A program made the translations under genes and the position numbers. Of a DNA stretch of 19,429 nucleotides, positions 8,222-17,460 are shown piece by piece. Position 1 is the stretch's first letter; each line of letters begins with the position of its first letter. Source of the stretch: Candidatus Brocadiia bacterium. GTDB taxonomy: Bacteria > Planctomycetota > Brocadiia > SM23-32. Under the pieces are notes generated by a model. It was not told the origin of the DNA and ran no database searches. It saw only the letters and a program-made list of their open reading frames with translations. The stretch spans positions 1-19,429 of the forward strand of contig JBKHIT010000077.1 in NCBI GenBank assembly GCA_046538485.1, in the 5' to 3' direction.

Positions 8222-10597
8222 ATGTCGCGAAATAGTCTGTGGGGTTTTCTACTTTTTCTAGCACTTTTCAGTGCCGTGCCGCCTGCATGCGCCGCTGAAA
8301 ATGGGGCCGTCATCATCCGCAAGGGAAAACCAGTTGCCAGCGGGATCTATATTTCTGCTGAATGCGAAAAAAACTCCCCGGTCCGCCTGGCCGCAAAAGA
8401 TCTCTCGACCGCGGTCGAGAGAATGAGCGGAGCAAAGATCTCCATCGTAGAAGTCAAAGACACAGTGGCAGTCCCCAACAAGCCCGCCGTCGTCCTTGGA
8501 AGCCCCGCTGCCGAACTGGGCGCGGCCCCCGAATCAAGCTCCCTGTGGAAAGATATTTCGCGAACTGTCATCGGCAACGAACGTATACTGATAGCGGGCG
8601 AATCTGATCTGGCAGTGAATGGTGCCGTCATGGACCTGCTCCACGAACAGGGTGTGCGCTACTTTCTACCGTCGAATATCCCCGGAGATATCGGCACGGT
8701 GATGCCTTCGAAAAAAACAGTCGCCTGGTCCGCACGCGATGAAGAAAAGCATCCCCACATACGCGGTCGGCGCGTCTGGGGTCACAACGTGGGAGCCCAC
8801 GACTGGGCCCACGCCCATTCCAGCCGAAAGTGGGTTCGCCGCAACATGGGCGTCTCCCCGGTGAAAATCCCTTCCTCCCACGCCTGGGGAAGGTTGATCC
8901 CCAAAAAACGTCGCAAACCCGAATATTACGCCGTCAAACGCTATGACGGCGACGGCAATCCTGTGCGTGGAGGACAGTTCTGCGTCTCGCACCCGGATGT
9001 CCCGGGGGAGGTCGCTCGGACAATCATCGAGCGGTTCCGCGCCGAGCCACAACGGCTGGCCCAGAGCATAAGCCCGAACGATGGCGGAGGAGCCTGCGTC
9101 TGCCTCCGATGCAAGGCACTGGACCCCCGCGGGCACCTGGAACCCTCCAGCGGAAAACGGGCCCTGAGTGATCGGTACATCTACTTCTTCAACAAAATCG
9201 CCGACATTGTCGCCCAAAAATACCCCAATCGCTACCTGGCTTACCTGGTTTACAGCGACTATTCACGAGCCCCGGTCAAATACACCAAAATCCACCCCAT
9301 GATAGTGCCCGTTTTCGCGCCCATCCGCTACTGCAGACTACACTCAATGTTCAACCCGCTCTGCGAAGAGAACATCCGCCTGAGACACGAGATCGAAAAA
9401 TACGCGCGTTACGCAAGACATATCGGCTACTACGGATACAACTATAATCTGGCCGAGACCATCGTCCCGTTCAGTAAAATTACGACGTGGTCTCGCAACC
9501 TGCCCTGGCTCTACAAACAGGGTTTGTTCCAGGCAACAATCGAAACGCTCGGAAACTGGAACACCAACGGTCCCCATATCTATCTCGCTACCCGTTACCT
9601 CTGGAGCGGCAAAGATCCAGAAGCAATAATGAATGACTATTATGAAAAACTCGGAGGTGCAGCGGCCGAACCATTGCGACAATACTGGGAAACGGTGGAT
9701 GAAGCATACCGCACGGCCGATGTGCATTCCGGCGGATTCTATGGCCCGGAACAGGTGCTCACAAAACCCGTTCTCGAAAAGATGGAAAACCACTTGAAAG
9801 CTGCAGCGAATGCCGCCCAAACCGAACGCGAGAAACGGGTGGTGGATTTCTTCCAGAGCGGGCTGGATCAGGGCCGGCTCGCGCTTGAGATGATCTCGCA
9901 TCTCAACTCGTTCGAATTCACCCAGGCAAAAAAAGCCCGTGACGGTCTGAAAGCCCTCAACGCGAAACTGGAAAAACAACATATCGTCTCAATATACCCG
10001 AATCGCTACACGAGTTGGTTCATGGATAAGGTGGTTGATCATGCCGCTGCAATCCTCGAGCGCGGCGGAAAAATCGCGGTCAAATTCCCCCGAATCTGGC
10101 ACTTCAGACTCGATTATTACAAAGTGGGCATCGAAGAAGAATGGTTCAGCCCCTCCCACGGAAACTCCCACTGGCTCACCGCCAAAACCTGGGGAGTTCC
10201 CTCTCTCTACAGCCAGGGGTTTGGGGATTTCAAAGGCTACCAGTGGTTCAAAACCGCCGTGAAAGTTCCCGAAGAAAATTGCGACCGGATGGTGCTCTGG
10301 TGCGGTTCGAACGACGGCCGAACGCGCGTCTGGATCAACGGCCAGCCGGTCCCTTTCGCACATAAAGACAAAAAAGGCAATATCACCCGAACCTGGGAGT
10401 ATCCGCGAGGGTGGCGTGCCTTCAGCGTCCCCGTCGGCCATTACCTGAAACCCGGAAAACAAAATACCGTCGTGTTTCGTATCGACCACACGCTCAATGA
10501 CCTGAACCTCGGGGGCATCCTGCGGCCGGTCATGCTCTACGTGCCCGGCGAACAAGAATGGAAAACATTGGAAGAAACCTACGCCGCCATCCGCTGA
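8222..10597 (+). CDS. Secreted DUF4838-domain protein with C-terminal GH2-type sugar-binding (galactose-binding-like) domain, 791 aa
   Basis: Signal peptide ending ACA. GH20/GH67-N-like segment LAAKDLSTAVERMSG. DUF4838-like EYYA...QFCVSHPDV...SISPNDGGGACVCLRC. C-terminal WHFRLD...G..EEWF...GYQWF...VWING. Confidence 0.85.
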   Translation: MSRNSLWGFLLFLALFSAVPPACAAENGAVIIRKGKPVASGIYISAECEKNSPVRLAAKDLSTAVERMSGAKISIVEVKDTVAVPNKPAVVLGSPAAELGAAPESSSLWKDISRTVIGNERILIAGESDLAVNGAVMDLLHEQGVRYFLPSNIPGDIGTVMPSKKTVAWSARDEEKHPHIRGRRVWGHNVGAHDWAHAHSSRKWVRRNMGVSPVKIPSSHAWGRLIPKKRRKPEYYAVKRYDGDGNPVRGGQFCVSHPDVPGEVARTIIERFRAEPQRLAQSISPNDGGGACVCLRCKALDPRGHLEPSSGKRALSDRYIYFFNKIADIVAQKYPNRYLAYLVYSDYSRAPVKYTKIHPMIVPVFAPIRYCRLHSMFNPLCEENIRLRHEIEKYARYARHIGYYGYNYNLAETIVPFSKITTWSRNLPWLYKQGLFQATIETLGNWNTNGPHIYLATRYLWSGKDPEAIMNDYYEKLGGAAAEPLRQYWETVDEAYRTADVHSGGFYGPEQVLTKPVLEKMENHLKAAANAAQTEREKRVVDFFQSGLDQGRLALEMISHLNSFEFTQAKKARDGLKALNAKLEKQHIVSIYPNRYTSWFMDKVVDHAAAILERGGKIAVKFPRIWHFRLDYYKVGIEEEWFSPSHGNSHWLTAKTWGVPSLYSQGFGDFKGYQWFKTAVKVPEENCDRMVLWCGSNDGRTRVWINGQPVPFAHKDKKGNITRTWEYPRGWRAFSVPVGHYLKPGKQNTVVFRIDHTLNDLNLGGILRPVMLYVPGEQEWKTLEETYAAIR

Positions 10598-10656
10598 ATC
10601 CGTAACCCAATAAGCAGAGAGCAACTAATCCGTCGTCCGAAAACGGAGAATAAAAC

Positions 10657-11847
10657 TTGATATCGTACGAAACAAAAGAGGAATTTCTGGATCTGGTTGA
10701 CGAAAACGCCCTGGCTGAGATCGAGCCGAAATTGCGAGCCAACCGTCCCGTGGTCCGACTTACACCGGACGATCACCGCTGCGTGCACGGATACATAAAC
10801 GCCTCCCCCCTCTCCGCAGACGGTGAACGGTTTACCTACTTTCAGTTTGACCGCATACACGTCGATCGGAGCGAACCGGAACCCATAACGGGCCAGATTA
10901 AAGTGTCGGAACCGGACGGTTCGGATGCACGCACGGTGGCAGAATGTTCCCACGCGTCCGTCTGCCAGGGGGTTATGCAGCAATGGCTCGGCCCCACGCA
11001 TCGTCTCGGGTGGCAGGTACGCCGCCCGGACCGGGGCTGGAAAGTCTTCGACCTTGACACAGAAAAACGATGGGAAGGCAATGGGCAGGTAAGGACGTTC
11101 TCGCCCGATGGCACAAAGGCCTTCCTGCAAACTCCAGAATCCCTGCATCTGGAGGCCGAAGAGCAGGGAAAAACACTGGCTCCGGAAGATGTAGACTGCA
11201 AAATCATTGACTGGGAAACGGAAGAACTGGAACTTCGTATCTCGGTCGCCGATGTGCTTGAGGTGCATCCGGAAGCCGAACAGGTCAAAAATCAGCACAT
11301 GATTTTCAAACAGACGCTTTTCAGTCCCGACGGCAACCGCATCTCATTCAACTTCAGCAACGCCTGGTACGCCAGACATCGCGATGAAGAACGGCGCCAC
11401 GAAAAGCTTGTGGCCAACCGCGACGGGACAGATATCACTTACCTTGGCAGCGGAGCCACACATCCAAGCTGGCACCCCACCGGGAAATACTACCACGCCG
11501 TCAAACACGATGAAAATGGCGTCCCTCGCTTCGTGCTCTATCCGGTCGACGGTTCAGAACCGCAAGTTCTGGGACCGGACTGGATCGCCGGCGGCCATCC
11601 CAGTTTCCAGCCTGGAGACGGCCGTTACATGGCCGTGGATTACCCGCGCCGACACAGAGGAGACGTGCTGCTGAGAATATTCGATCTGCAGGAACAAACC
11701 TGGGAGGATGTCCTGCTGGCGGAATACACGGATTATTCCAACAAATCCGGCACGCATTTCCACCCGGCATGGTCCTCAGATGGCCGCAGTATCTTCATTT
11801 CAACCGCCCATACGGGCATAGCCGGTTTATACCGGCTCGACCTATAA
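10657..11847 (+). CDS. TolB/oligogalacturonate lyase (PL22)-like beta-propeller protein, 396 aa
   Basis: TTG start after GGAG. Repeated FSPDG/HPSW/HPSF blades and C-terminal THFHPAWSSDGRSIFIST. No signal peptide. Confidence 0.7.
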   Translation: MISYETKEEFLDLVDENALAEIEPKLRANRPVVRLTPDDHRCVHGYINASPLSADGERFTYFQFDRIHVDRSEPEPITGQIKVSEPDGSDARTVAECSHASVCQGVMQQWLGPTHRLGWQVRRPDRGWKVFDLDTEKRWEGNGQVRTFSPDGTKAFLQTPESLHLEAEEQGKTLAPEDVDCKIIDWETEELELRISVADVLEVHPEAEQVKNQHMIFKQTLFSPDGNRISFNFSNAWYARHRDEERRHEKLVANRDGTDITYLGSGATHPSWHPTGKYYHAVKHDENGVPRFVLYPVDGSEPQVLGPDWIAGGHPSFQPGDGRYMAVDYPRRHRGDVLLRIFDLQEQTWEDVLLAEYTDYSNKSGTHFHPAWSSDGRSIFISTAHTGIAGLYRLDL

Positions 11848-11909
11848 TGACATGTAAGCGTAACTGCCTGCTCGTAGCGCGGGCTCAACGGATACGGAAG
11901 GAGACAAAA

Positions 11910-13259
11910 ATGAAGCGGCGAAATTATCTGTCCTCCGTGATCGTGCTCCTGATTGTCCTGATAACATGTGGATGCGCGCTGGCAGACGATGATTCTGCTA
12001 AGGTAAAAATGCAACCTCTCGGCCGCTCTCCGCTGCTGCTGAAAATACCTGAAAACGTCAAAGGGGATTTCGACGTCGCGGGCGAGCCACCGAAGCTGGA
12101 TTTCGCAATCTTCCCCAACCAATGGGAAGGCGCAGATCTGTGGTCGGCCTGGGGGGATTCACTTTGTGCCTCAGACGGCAATTTCTATGCTTCAATCGGT
12201 GACCACGGGCGACCGCACGGCACTTCATACGTCTACAAAATCGATCCGGACACCCGCACGGTTGAACTCATTGTCGATTACAACCACGTGGTCGGACTGG
12301 ATGAAAAAGCCAAATATGCTCCCGGCAAGATCCATGCCCCGCTCCGAGAAGGAGGCGACAGCTGGATGTATTTCGTTGGATACCGGGGTTCCGTGAGGAA
12401 AACCGGGCCGGAGACCGGTTTCGGGGGCGATTGGCTGCTGCGTTATAACCTGAAATCCGGCAAAATCGAGAACCTCGGTATCATGATCCCCCACTGCAGC
12501 GTGCCGTCGATGGAATCCTACATCCCGTCGCCCGAGAGCTCGATCGATTCGGCAATGCTCTACGGGCTCGCCGTCCCCGGTCGCACAAAACCAGACATGA
12601 AGCCCCGGTTCTTCGCCTACAGCATCGCAAAGAAGAAACTCACCTTCTGCGGCGGGCCACCCTCCACCATGAATCGGGCCATCATCGTCACCTCCAGAGG
12701 AAAAGTCTATTACGAAGTCGAAGCGAAATTGGTACGCTACGACCCCGAGGACAAATCTGTCGAGAACACCGATATTAAAGTCCCCGGCAACGGGCGCCTC
12801 AGAGCCGCAAGTCGTCCCGATTCCGGGGGTATCATCTACTGTTTCTCCAGTGATGGGATGATGTTCGCCTTCAATCCGACCGAGGCGAAAATCACCAAAC
12901 TCGGCATGGCATTCGTCGCCGGCAGGCTTTACACCACGGACTGCGAACTGAGTCCTGGTGGGCGTTACCTTTACTACATACCCAGCGCACACGGCAATTC
13001 GCACGTCCATGGGACGGCTCTCATACAGCTGGACCTTAAAACCGGCCGCCGGAAAGTCATCGCGTTCCTCAACGAATTCATCCGCCAGAAAAAAAACTAT
13101 AATATCGGCGGAACCTACGGAATGGCCCTCAGCAAGGACGGAAGCGTGCTGTTCGTCAATTTCAACGGCGCCCCGCTGGAGAGTAAACGTAAAAACTTCG
13201 GTCTCTGCTCGGCGATGATCGTCCACATACCGGAAAAGGAGCGAGATGAAGAGCCGTAG
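11910..13259 (+). CDS. Secreted beta-propeller protein of unknown function, 449 aa
   Basis: Start reassigned to ATG 11910 (after AAGGAG); signal peptide MKRRNYLSSVIVLLIVLITCGCALA. Blades ASDGNFY, LLRYNLKSGKIENLG, LSPGGRYLYY, LSKDGSVLFV. Confidence 0.8.
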   Translation: MKRRNYLSSVIVLLIVLITCGCALADDDSAKVKMQPLGRSPLLLKIPENVKGDFDVAGEPPKLDFAIFPNQWEGADLWSAWGDSLCASDGNFYASIGDHGRPHGTSYVYKIDPDTRTVELIVDYNHVVGLDEKAKYAPGKIHAPLREGGDSWMYFVGYRGSVRKTGPETGFGGDWLLRYNLKSGKIENLGIMIPHCSVPSMESYIPSPESSIDSAMLYGLAVPGRTKPDMKPRFFAYSIAKKKLTFCGGPPSTMNRAIIVTSRGKVYYEVEAKLVRYDPEDKSVENTDIKVPGNGRLRAASRPDSGGIIYCFSSDGMMFAFNPTEAKITKLGMAFVAGRLYTTDCELSPGGRYLYYIPSAHGNSHVHGTALIQLDLKTGRRKVIAFLNEFIRQKKNYNIGGTYGMALSKDGSVLFVNFNGAPLESKRKNFGLCSAMIVHIPEKERDEEP

Positions 13260-13278
13260 AAAAGCGCAAAAGCTGTGG

Positions 13279-13302
13279 TTCGTCCGCCGTACGGCGGACG
13301 AA
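13279..13302. repeat. Perfect 24-bp palindrome (REP-like hairpin) just after the stop codon
   Basis: TTCGTCCGCCGTACGGCGGACGAA is its own reverse complement. It has no U-tract on the + strand. Confidence 0.8.
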
Positions 13303-13307
13303 ACTGC

Positions 13308-13369
13308 CCGCGTTCTGAACTCCTGCCTCCGGCCTCAGGCCTCCGTCTGAAGTCCAGTCCGCTCACGGG
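13308..13369. repeat. ~55-60-bp dispersed repeat, copy 1 of 3
   Basis: CCGCGTTCTGAACT...TCTGAAGTCCAGTCCGCTC; other copies at 13478-13534 and 13958-14009. Confidence 0.85.
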
Positions 13370-13477
13370 GAATGTAGACTCGAGTTCAGCTGAGCTCGCC
13401 AGAGGCGAGCGAAACTGGGCTTGAGGCGGGCAATGCCGGAGACACATCAAGCGCCGCGGAGATTGGGTCTAATTGTG

Positions 13478-13534
13478 CCGCGTTCTGAACTCCAGCCCCG
13501 CGGGAGCGGTTCTGAAGTCCAGTCCGCTCACGGG
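13478..13534. repeat. Dispersed repeat, copy 2 of 3
   Basis: CCGCGTTCTGAACTCCAGCCCCGCGGGAGCGGTTCTGAAGTCCAGTCCGCTCACGGG. Confidence 0.9.
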
Positions 13535-13579
13535 TCACAATCGTCTTCGCTCCGGGTAAGATCGGTGCCCGCAATATAA

Positions 13580-13857
13580 AAGCCCCCGTAGGGGGCGACG
13601 CAGAGTTAGCCCCGGCTGAACGAAGTGAGCCCGGGGAAACATGAGGTATCGAGAATATGAGAGTCCCGAAGGGCCGATGCAGAGAAATACACATTGAAAG
13701 CAACACGGAAACAAACATGTAGAGGTATCCGACTCCGGAACTTCTGCGTCACCCCTTCGGGGTTTGGAAATTATGGGGCGTGTCCGGGACCCGGGGCTTG
13801 CCCGAACGACGGGCGCGCCCCGGGCTATCTCTGCCGTCGCCCCTTTTCAGGGGCTTG
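13580..13857. repeat. ~280-bp fold-back element (REPIN/MITE-like) with long imperfect inverted arms
   Basis: Left arm AAGCCCCCGTAGGGGGCGACGCAGAGTTAGCCCCGG matches the reverse complement of the right arm AAGCCCCTGAAAAGGGGCGACGGCAGAGATAGCCCGGG. Inner pair CCCGAAGGGCCGATGCAGA / TCTGCGTCACCCCTTCGGG. Confidence 0.75.
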
Positions 13858-13869
13858 AAATTAACATAA

Positions 13870-13953
13870 GGAAAGCCCCTCTGTCACCTTGCGTGACAGG
13901 AGGCAGAGATTGGCGCGCCAGCCATGGGAATAGCAAATCACCCCGGCCCCTGC
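13870..13953 (-). repeat. ~85-bp REP-like element, copy 2 (inverted relative to 126-211)
   Basis: 32-nt exact core at 13881-13912 plus shared flanks. Confidence 0.9.
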
Positions 13954-13957
13954 GGGA

Positions 13958-14009
13958 CCGCGTTCTGAACTGCAGCTCCGCGGGAGCGGTTCTGAAGTCC
14001 AGTCCGCTC
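13958..14009. repeat. Dispersed repeat, copy 3 of 3
   Basis: CCGCGTTCTGAACTGCAGCTCCGCGGGAGCGGTTCTGAAGTCCAGTCCGCTC; two substitutions versus copy 2. Confidence 0.9.
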
Positions 14010-14132
14010 CCGATAACGTGTTTTGGGACCGGCAACTTTCTCTTCCAAAACGTCAGGAGACTTGCACGAAACCGCTCGGGCGCACACCTTTGCCGTCCAC
14101 GCAAGATCTCCGTATTTACCAAAAAAGAGGCT

Positions 14133-14217
14133 TTGACGGAAAACTAACCGAGAAGGTAAAATAAATTCAGGACGCAGGTTGAGAGGACTTTGAATAATTA
14201 CTATAAAATTTGATAAT
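14133..14217 (+). promoter_or_regulatory. AT-rich promoter region with overlapping sigma70-like candidates
   Basis: TTGACG-N18-TAAAAT (14133-14162) and TTGAGA-N17-TATAAA (14179-14207), upstream of ATG 14292. Confidence 0.45.
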
Positions 14218-14291
14218 AAGCCCTGATCCATACCCGACGGAGAAGATGGTGTCTCAAAATCCGGAGCACTGATCTCACCCGGGAGTGCATT

Positions 14292-17200
14292 ATGAAACGT
14301 TCGATCGCCGTTCTCTGGACCATAGTCGTTCTGGCGCTCGTTACGCAAAAGGGTGTCACAGCGAAACCAAAGAAGAGCCGGGAAAAATCCATAGTCCATC
14401 TACGGGCGCGTGTCAAAACCCTCAAACCCGAACAACCGGCGCTGATTAATTGGCGATGGGGCGGAGAAGGACTGGGCGGCGATGTCCACAGCGGAATGCT
14501 CACCCGTGAACTCCCGAATGCCCCTGATAAATCGTCGGTCCTGAAAATGGAAGACGATGCGGATGCCGAAGCTATCCCCCTGGAAGAAGATAAAGGACCC
14601 GATGATAGAATCATCGTCGAAGGGGATACTTACACTTACCACTATCTCAAACCCGGCGTTTGGAGCCGATTCTGGCCGGTTTCAACTTTCGGACGCACCC
14701 GGGGCCGGTTATTCGTCACATTTACACTCGAGGGACATGGGACGGGTCGCCGAATAAAAGACACCGAACTCGAGCTGGAGTTCGCTTACGAAGATAAAAC
14801 AGTGAAACGGTTCACCGTTCAGGGACCCGACGGACCCACTTTCGGGGTGGTGATCCCGTTTTACCGGCTCGCAAAAGATGGTAGTCCAACACCCGCCTTT
14901 ACCGAAGAGCTGGGAAGTCTGCGTCAATACGCCGAGCACAAGATCAACGTCCTGAAGGCCGAACCGTGGGCCGACAAGCCAGTCCCGAAACGATACGCTT
15001 TCGTCACGGATTGTTTCGGCTACAAACCCGGCTCTGGCTACAAATGCCGCACGGCCGACAAAAAAACGATGCTCGCTGAATACAAAGTATTAAGACTGAT
15101 GGGTGTGAACGGGTTGCGCGGATGCCCCCAATTTGTCACCGAAATGCTGCGTAATAAAGAAGGATTGCCCGCGGAATTCTCCAGAGTCAAACTCGCGCGC
15201 CTGATCGGATACCCCATTCCGACGGTACATTATGCTGACGGCCGTGCTCCACGACGCAGTCCGGGAGATGGTTGCCCGCACCGACCCGACAACAAAAAAG
15301 CCATCCAAAAACGCGTCGATTCCGCTGTTAAACGACTCATGGAAAATACGCGTGATTTGCCCGTCGAAGAAATCTGGGGCCTCACCGTCGACGAAATCGG
15401 AACGGTCTTTGACCGCGCTCCGGAACGCAAAGCCCACATGGGCGCCTGCCCCTATTGCCGGGAAGCCTTCCGTGAGATGATCCGCCGCGACGGAAAAACT
15501 CCTGCCGATTTTGGCGCGGATGACTGGGAACCGATACGGGCCGTCTACGGATACTGGGCGAAAACGTTCTGGGAAAGCAAACGGATCCTTGAAGAAAGAG
15601 TCCGCAAACTCAAAAAAGCCACCGAGGGAGAACTGAAAGGGACCCTTGGGCTGGAAGGCAAAAAAGGTGACGAACGGGCGGATGACATACTCGGTGACCT
15701 GGATGAGAAAAAAGCAAGACCCGACAAAGACACAGCACAAGCGCTTCTGGAGGCCAGAAACCGCCTGAAAGCCCTCATCTGGAACAGCAAAATTCTCTAT
15801 GTCCCCGAAGAAAAACGAGAACGCAAGGTCAGCGACGAAGGCTGGCAAAGGCTGACCTACTACTCCCGCCGGTTCAACTGCACATCAGCGGCGCAGCTCT
15901 TCGAACCGTTGCGCCTTGCCCTGAAACAGCAAAATGAGAAAAAACGTCAGGTTCTGGCCCATGACGAAGTAAATTCCCCTGTCGCACGTCAGCCGTGGGT
16001 CTATTCCTATGCCCTGCGAGGAAACAATTTCTTGATGGGAGGACATAGCCTCGATTTCTTCAACTTCTATCGCTACGCCGACAACGCATTCGTCTACGAA
16101 ACATCAAATCGCGCCCCCCGCGTCTGGCAGTGGGACAGTTACCTCTGCGATGTCGGACGGTCCCTGAGACTGAGAATGGGGAAAAAATTCGGTATCTACG
16201 TCAAACCCCATCGCGGCGCCCCCCCGCAACGGGCGCTCTCGGCCATCGCACGCGGTGCGCGAATGATCTACTGGTATACCTACGGCCCCGACTGGGCAAA
16301 AGGAGACACGTTCGGCGGCAGACTCGGCACGCTGAATCAAATCGGCAAATTCGCCCGGTTGGTGGCTGAAACCGAGGACGTGACCTACGGGGCAAAGTGG
16401 GCCGTAAAGCCCGAGGTGGCCGTTGTGCGTGCGCGTACCAGCGAATTCTTCGCAGGTTCCGCCTCATGGGAAAACGGGAAATGGATCTGGACTGCCCTCA
16501 TGCACGCCCATATCCCCGTTGATGCCCTCGATGAAGTGATGCTCCTCCGTGAAGACCTTTCCCGCTACCGGATCATCTACATAAGTGGTTCCCACCTCCG
16601 CCGCGACGTGGCCAAGAAACTGGTCCAATACGTTCGAAACGGTGGGACACTCTACACCAGCGGCCGGGGACTTGCCCGGGACGAAGCGAGTCAACCACTG
16701 GACATCCTCCGCCCGGTTCTGGGTTTAGAAAAGCGCGGCGAGATGCACCGATGGGCCAGGGTCCCTCGCTACGGAGCAACAAGTCTGCGGAATTTTCGCA
16801 GGATTAAGGACCCGCCGGGAAAAAAGGCCTCCGTCCAGGGAAAAGAAAAGTTCGGCGGTCCTCTGAAACTGGCCGTGGGCCGGGAGATCCTTCATCCCGC
16901 GCAAAAAACCGACGTTCTCGCTCGCTACGCCGACGGAGGAGCCGCCGTCACCCGCCATAAATTTGGCAAAGGCCAGGCGTACGTCGTCGGATTCTACGCG
17001 GGTCTGGAGTATTGCGCCCCGATCCTTGGCCGGCATTTCAACATGGCCACGGATTTCACCCAAACCCGACGAAACTATGTGTCCGCCCCCGCCCTTTCGG
17101 CCGGGGTCCGCCCCGTGGTCCATGCTTCCGAACCGCTGGTCGAAGGCGTGCTCGTGAAAAATGAAAAATCTGGCCGGTTGGCCGTAGCTCTGATGAATTG

Positions 17201-17429
17201 GGCTTATTCTCGTTCGCCGGTTCCAGAAAAAAAATCTCGACGCCGTCTGCGCACCCACCACGTGAAGTTCGAAAATCTGTATATCCGGATCAGAGGAATA
17301 GACGGGACAAAGACGGTCAGATCCGCGGCGCTCAACACTTCTCTCCGGACCACACGCGATGATGGCCAGTTGGTGATCCGTCTGCCGCTACTGGAAGAGG
17401 TGGATATCCTACTTTTGGAACCCCAATAA
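14292..17429 (+). CDS. Secreted GH42-like glycoside hydrolase with beta-galactosidase trimerisation domain, 1045 aa; distant paralog of 2845-6078
   Basis: Signal peptide. Motifs VDEIG...CPYC, VYETS, and ALMHAHIPVD...DLSRYRIIY...LVQYVRNGGTL. GGGAG RBS. Confidence 0.8.
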   Translation: MKRSIAVLWTIVVLALVTQKGVTAKPKKSREKSIVHLRARVKTLKPEQPALINWRWGGEGLGGDVHSGMLTRELPNAPDKSSVLKMEDDADAEAIPLEEDKGPDDRIIVEGDTYTYHYLKPGVWSRFWPVSTFGRTRGRLFVTFTLEGHGTGRRIKDTELELEFAYEDKTVKRFTVQGPDGPTFGVVIPFYRLAKDGSPTPAFTEELGSLRQYAEHKINVLKAEPWADKPVPKRYAFVTDCFGYKPGSGYKCRTADKKTMLAEYKVLRLMGVNGLRGCPQFVTEMLRNKEGLPAEFSRVKLARLIGYPIPTVHYADGRAPRRSPGDGCPHRPDNKKAIQKRVDSAVKRLMENTRDLPVEEIWGLTVDEIGTVFDRAPERKAHMGACPYCREAFREMIRRDGKTPADFGADDWEPIRAVYGYWAKTFWESKRILEERVRKLKKATEGELKGTLGLEGKKGDERADDILGDLDEKKARPDKDTAQALLEARNRLKALIWNSKILYVPEEKRERKVSDEGWQRLTYYSRRFNCTSAAQLFEPLRLALKQQNEKKRQVLAHDEVNSPVARQPWVYSYALRGNNFLMGGHSLDFFNFYRYADNAFVYETSNRAPRVWQWDSYLCDVGRSLRLRMGKKFGIYVKPHRGAPPQRALSAIARGARMIYWYTYGPDWAKGDTFGGRLGTLNQIGKFARLVAETEDVTYGAKWAVKPEVAVVRARTSEFFAGSASWENGKWIWTALMHAHIPVDALDEVMLLREDLSRYRIIYISGSHLRRDVAKKLVQYVRNGGTLYTSGRGLARDEASQPLDILRPVLGLEKRGEMHRWARVPRYGATSLRNFRRIKDPPGKKASVQGKEKFGGPLKLAVGREILHPAQKTDVLARYADGGAAVTRHKFGKGQAYVVGFYAGLEYCAPILGRHFNMATDFTQTRRNYVSAPALSAGVRPVVHASEPLVEGVLVKNEKSGRLAVALMNWAYSRSPVPEKKSRRRLRTHHVKFENLYIRIRGIDGTKTVRSAALNTSLRTTRDDGQLVIRLPLLEEVDILLLEPQ

Positions 17430-17460
17430 TTTCGTCGGACAATCGCACATTCACTGTTCG

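Noticed and set aside
11769..11909. N-terminal extensions in the ORF track (11769, 2696, 18102, 19369 starts)
   Set aside because: They overlap upstream genes, leaders or promoters, or lack an RBS. Downstream ATGs have clear RBSs and give proper signal or leader peptides.
13279..13302. Rho-independent terminator
   Set aside because: Strong hairpin but followed by ACTGCCC rather than a U-tract; treated as a REP-like palindrome.
13279..14009. CRISPR array
   Set aside because: Repeats are 50-60 bp, only three copies, with irregular gaps (~110 and ~420 bp) filled with other repeats; no cas genes.
13386..14147. Small ORFs sharing the peptide RERTGLQNRSRGA
   Set aside because: The shared peptide is simply the translation of the triplicated DNA repeat.
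14220..14291. Riboswitch or RBS-sequestering leader (GCACT...AGTGC)
   Set aside because: Only a 5-bp pairing and no recognisable aptamer consensus.
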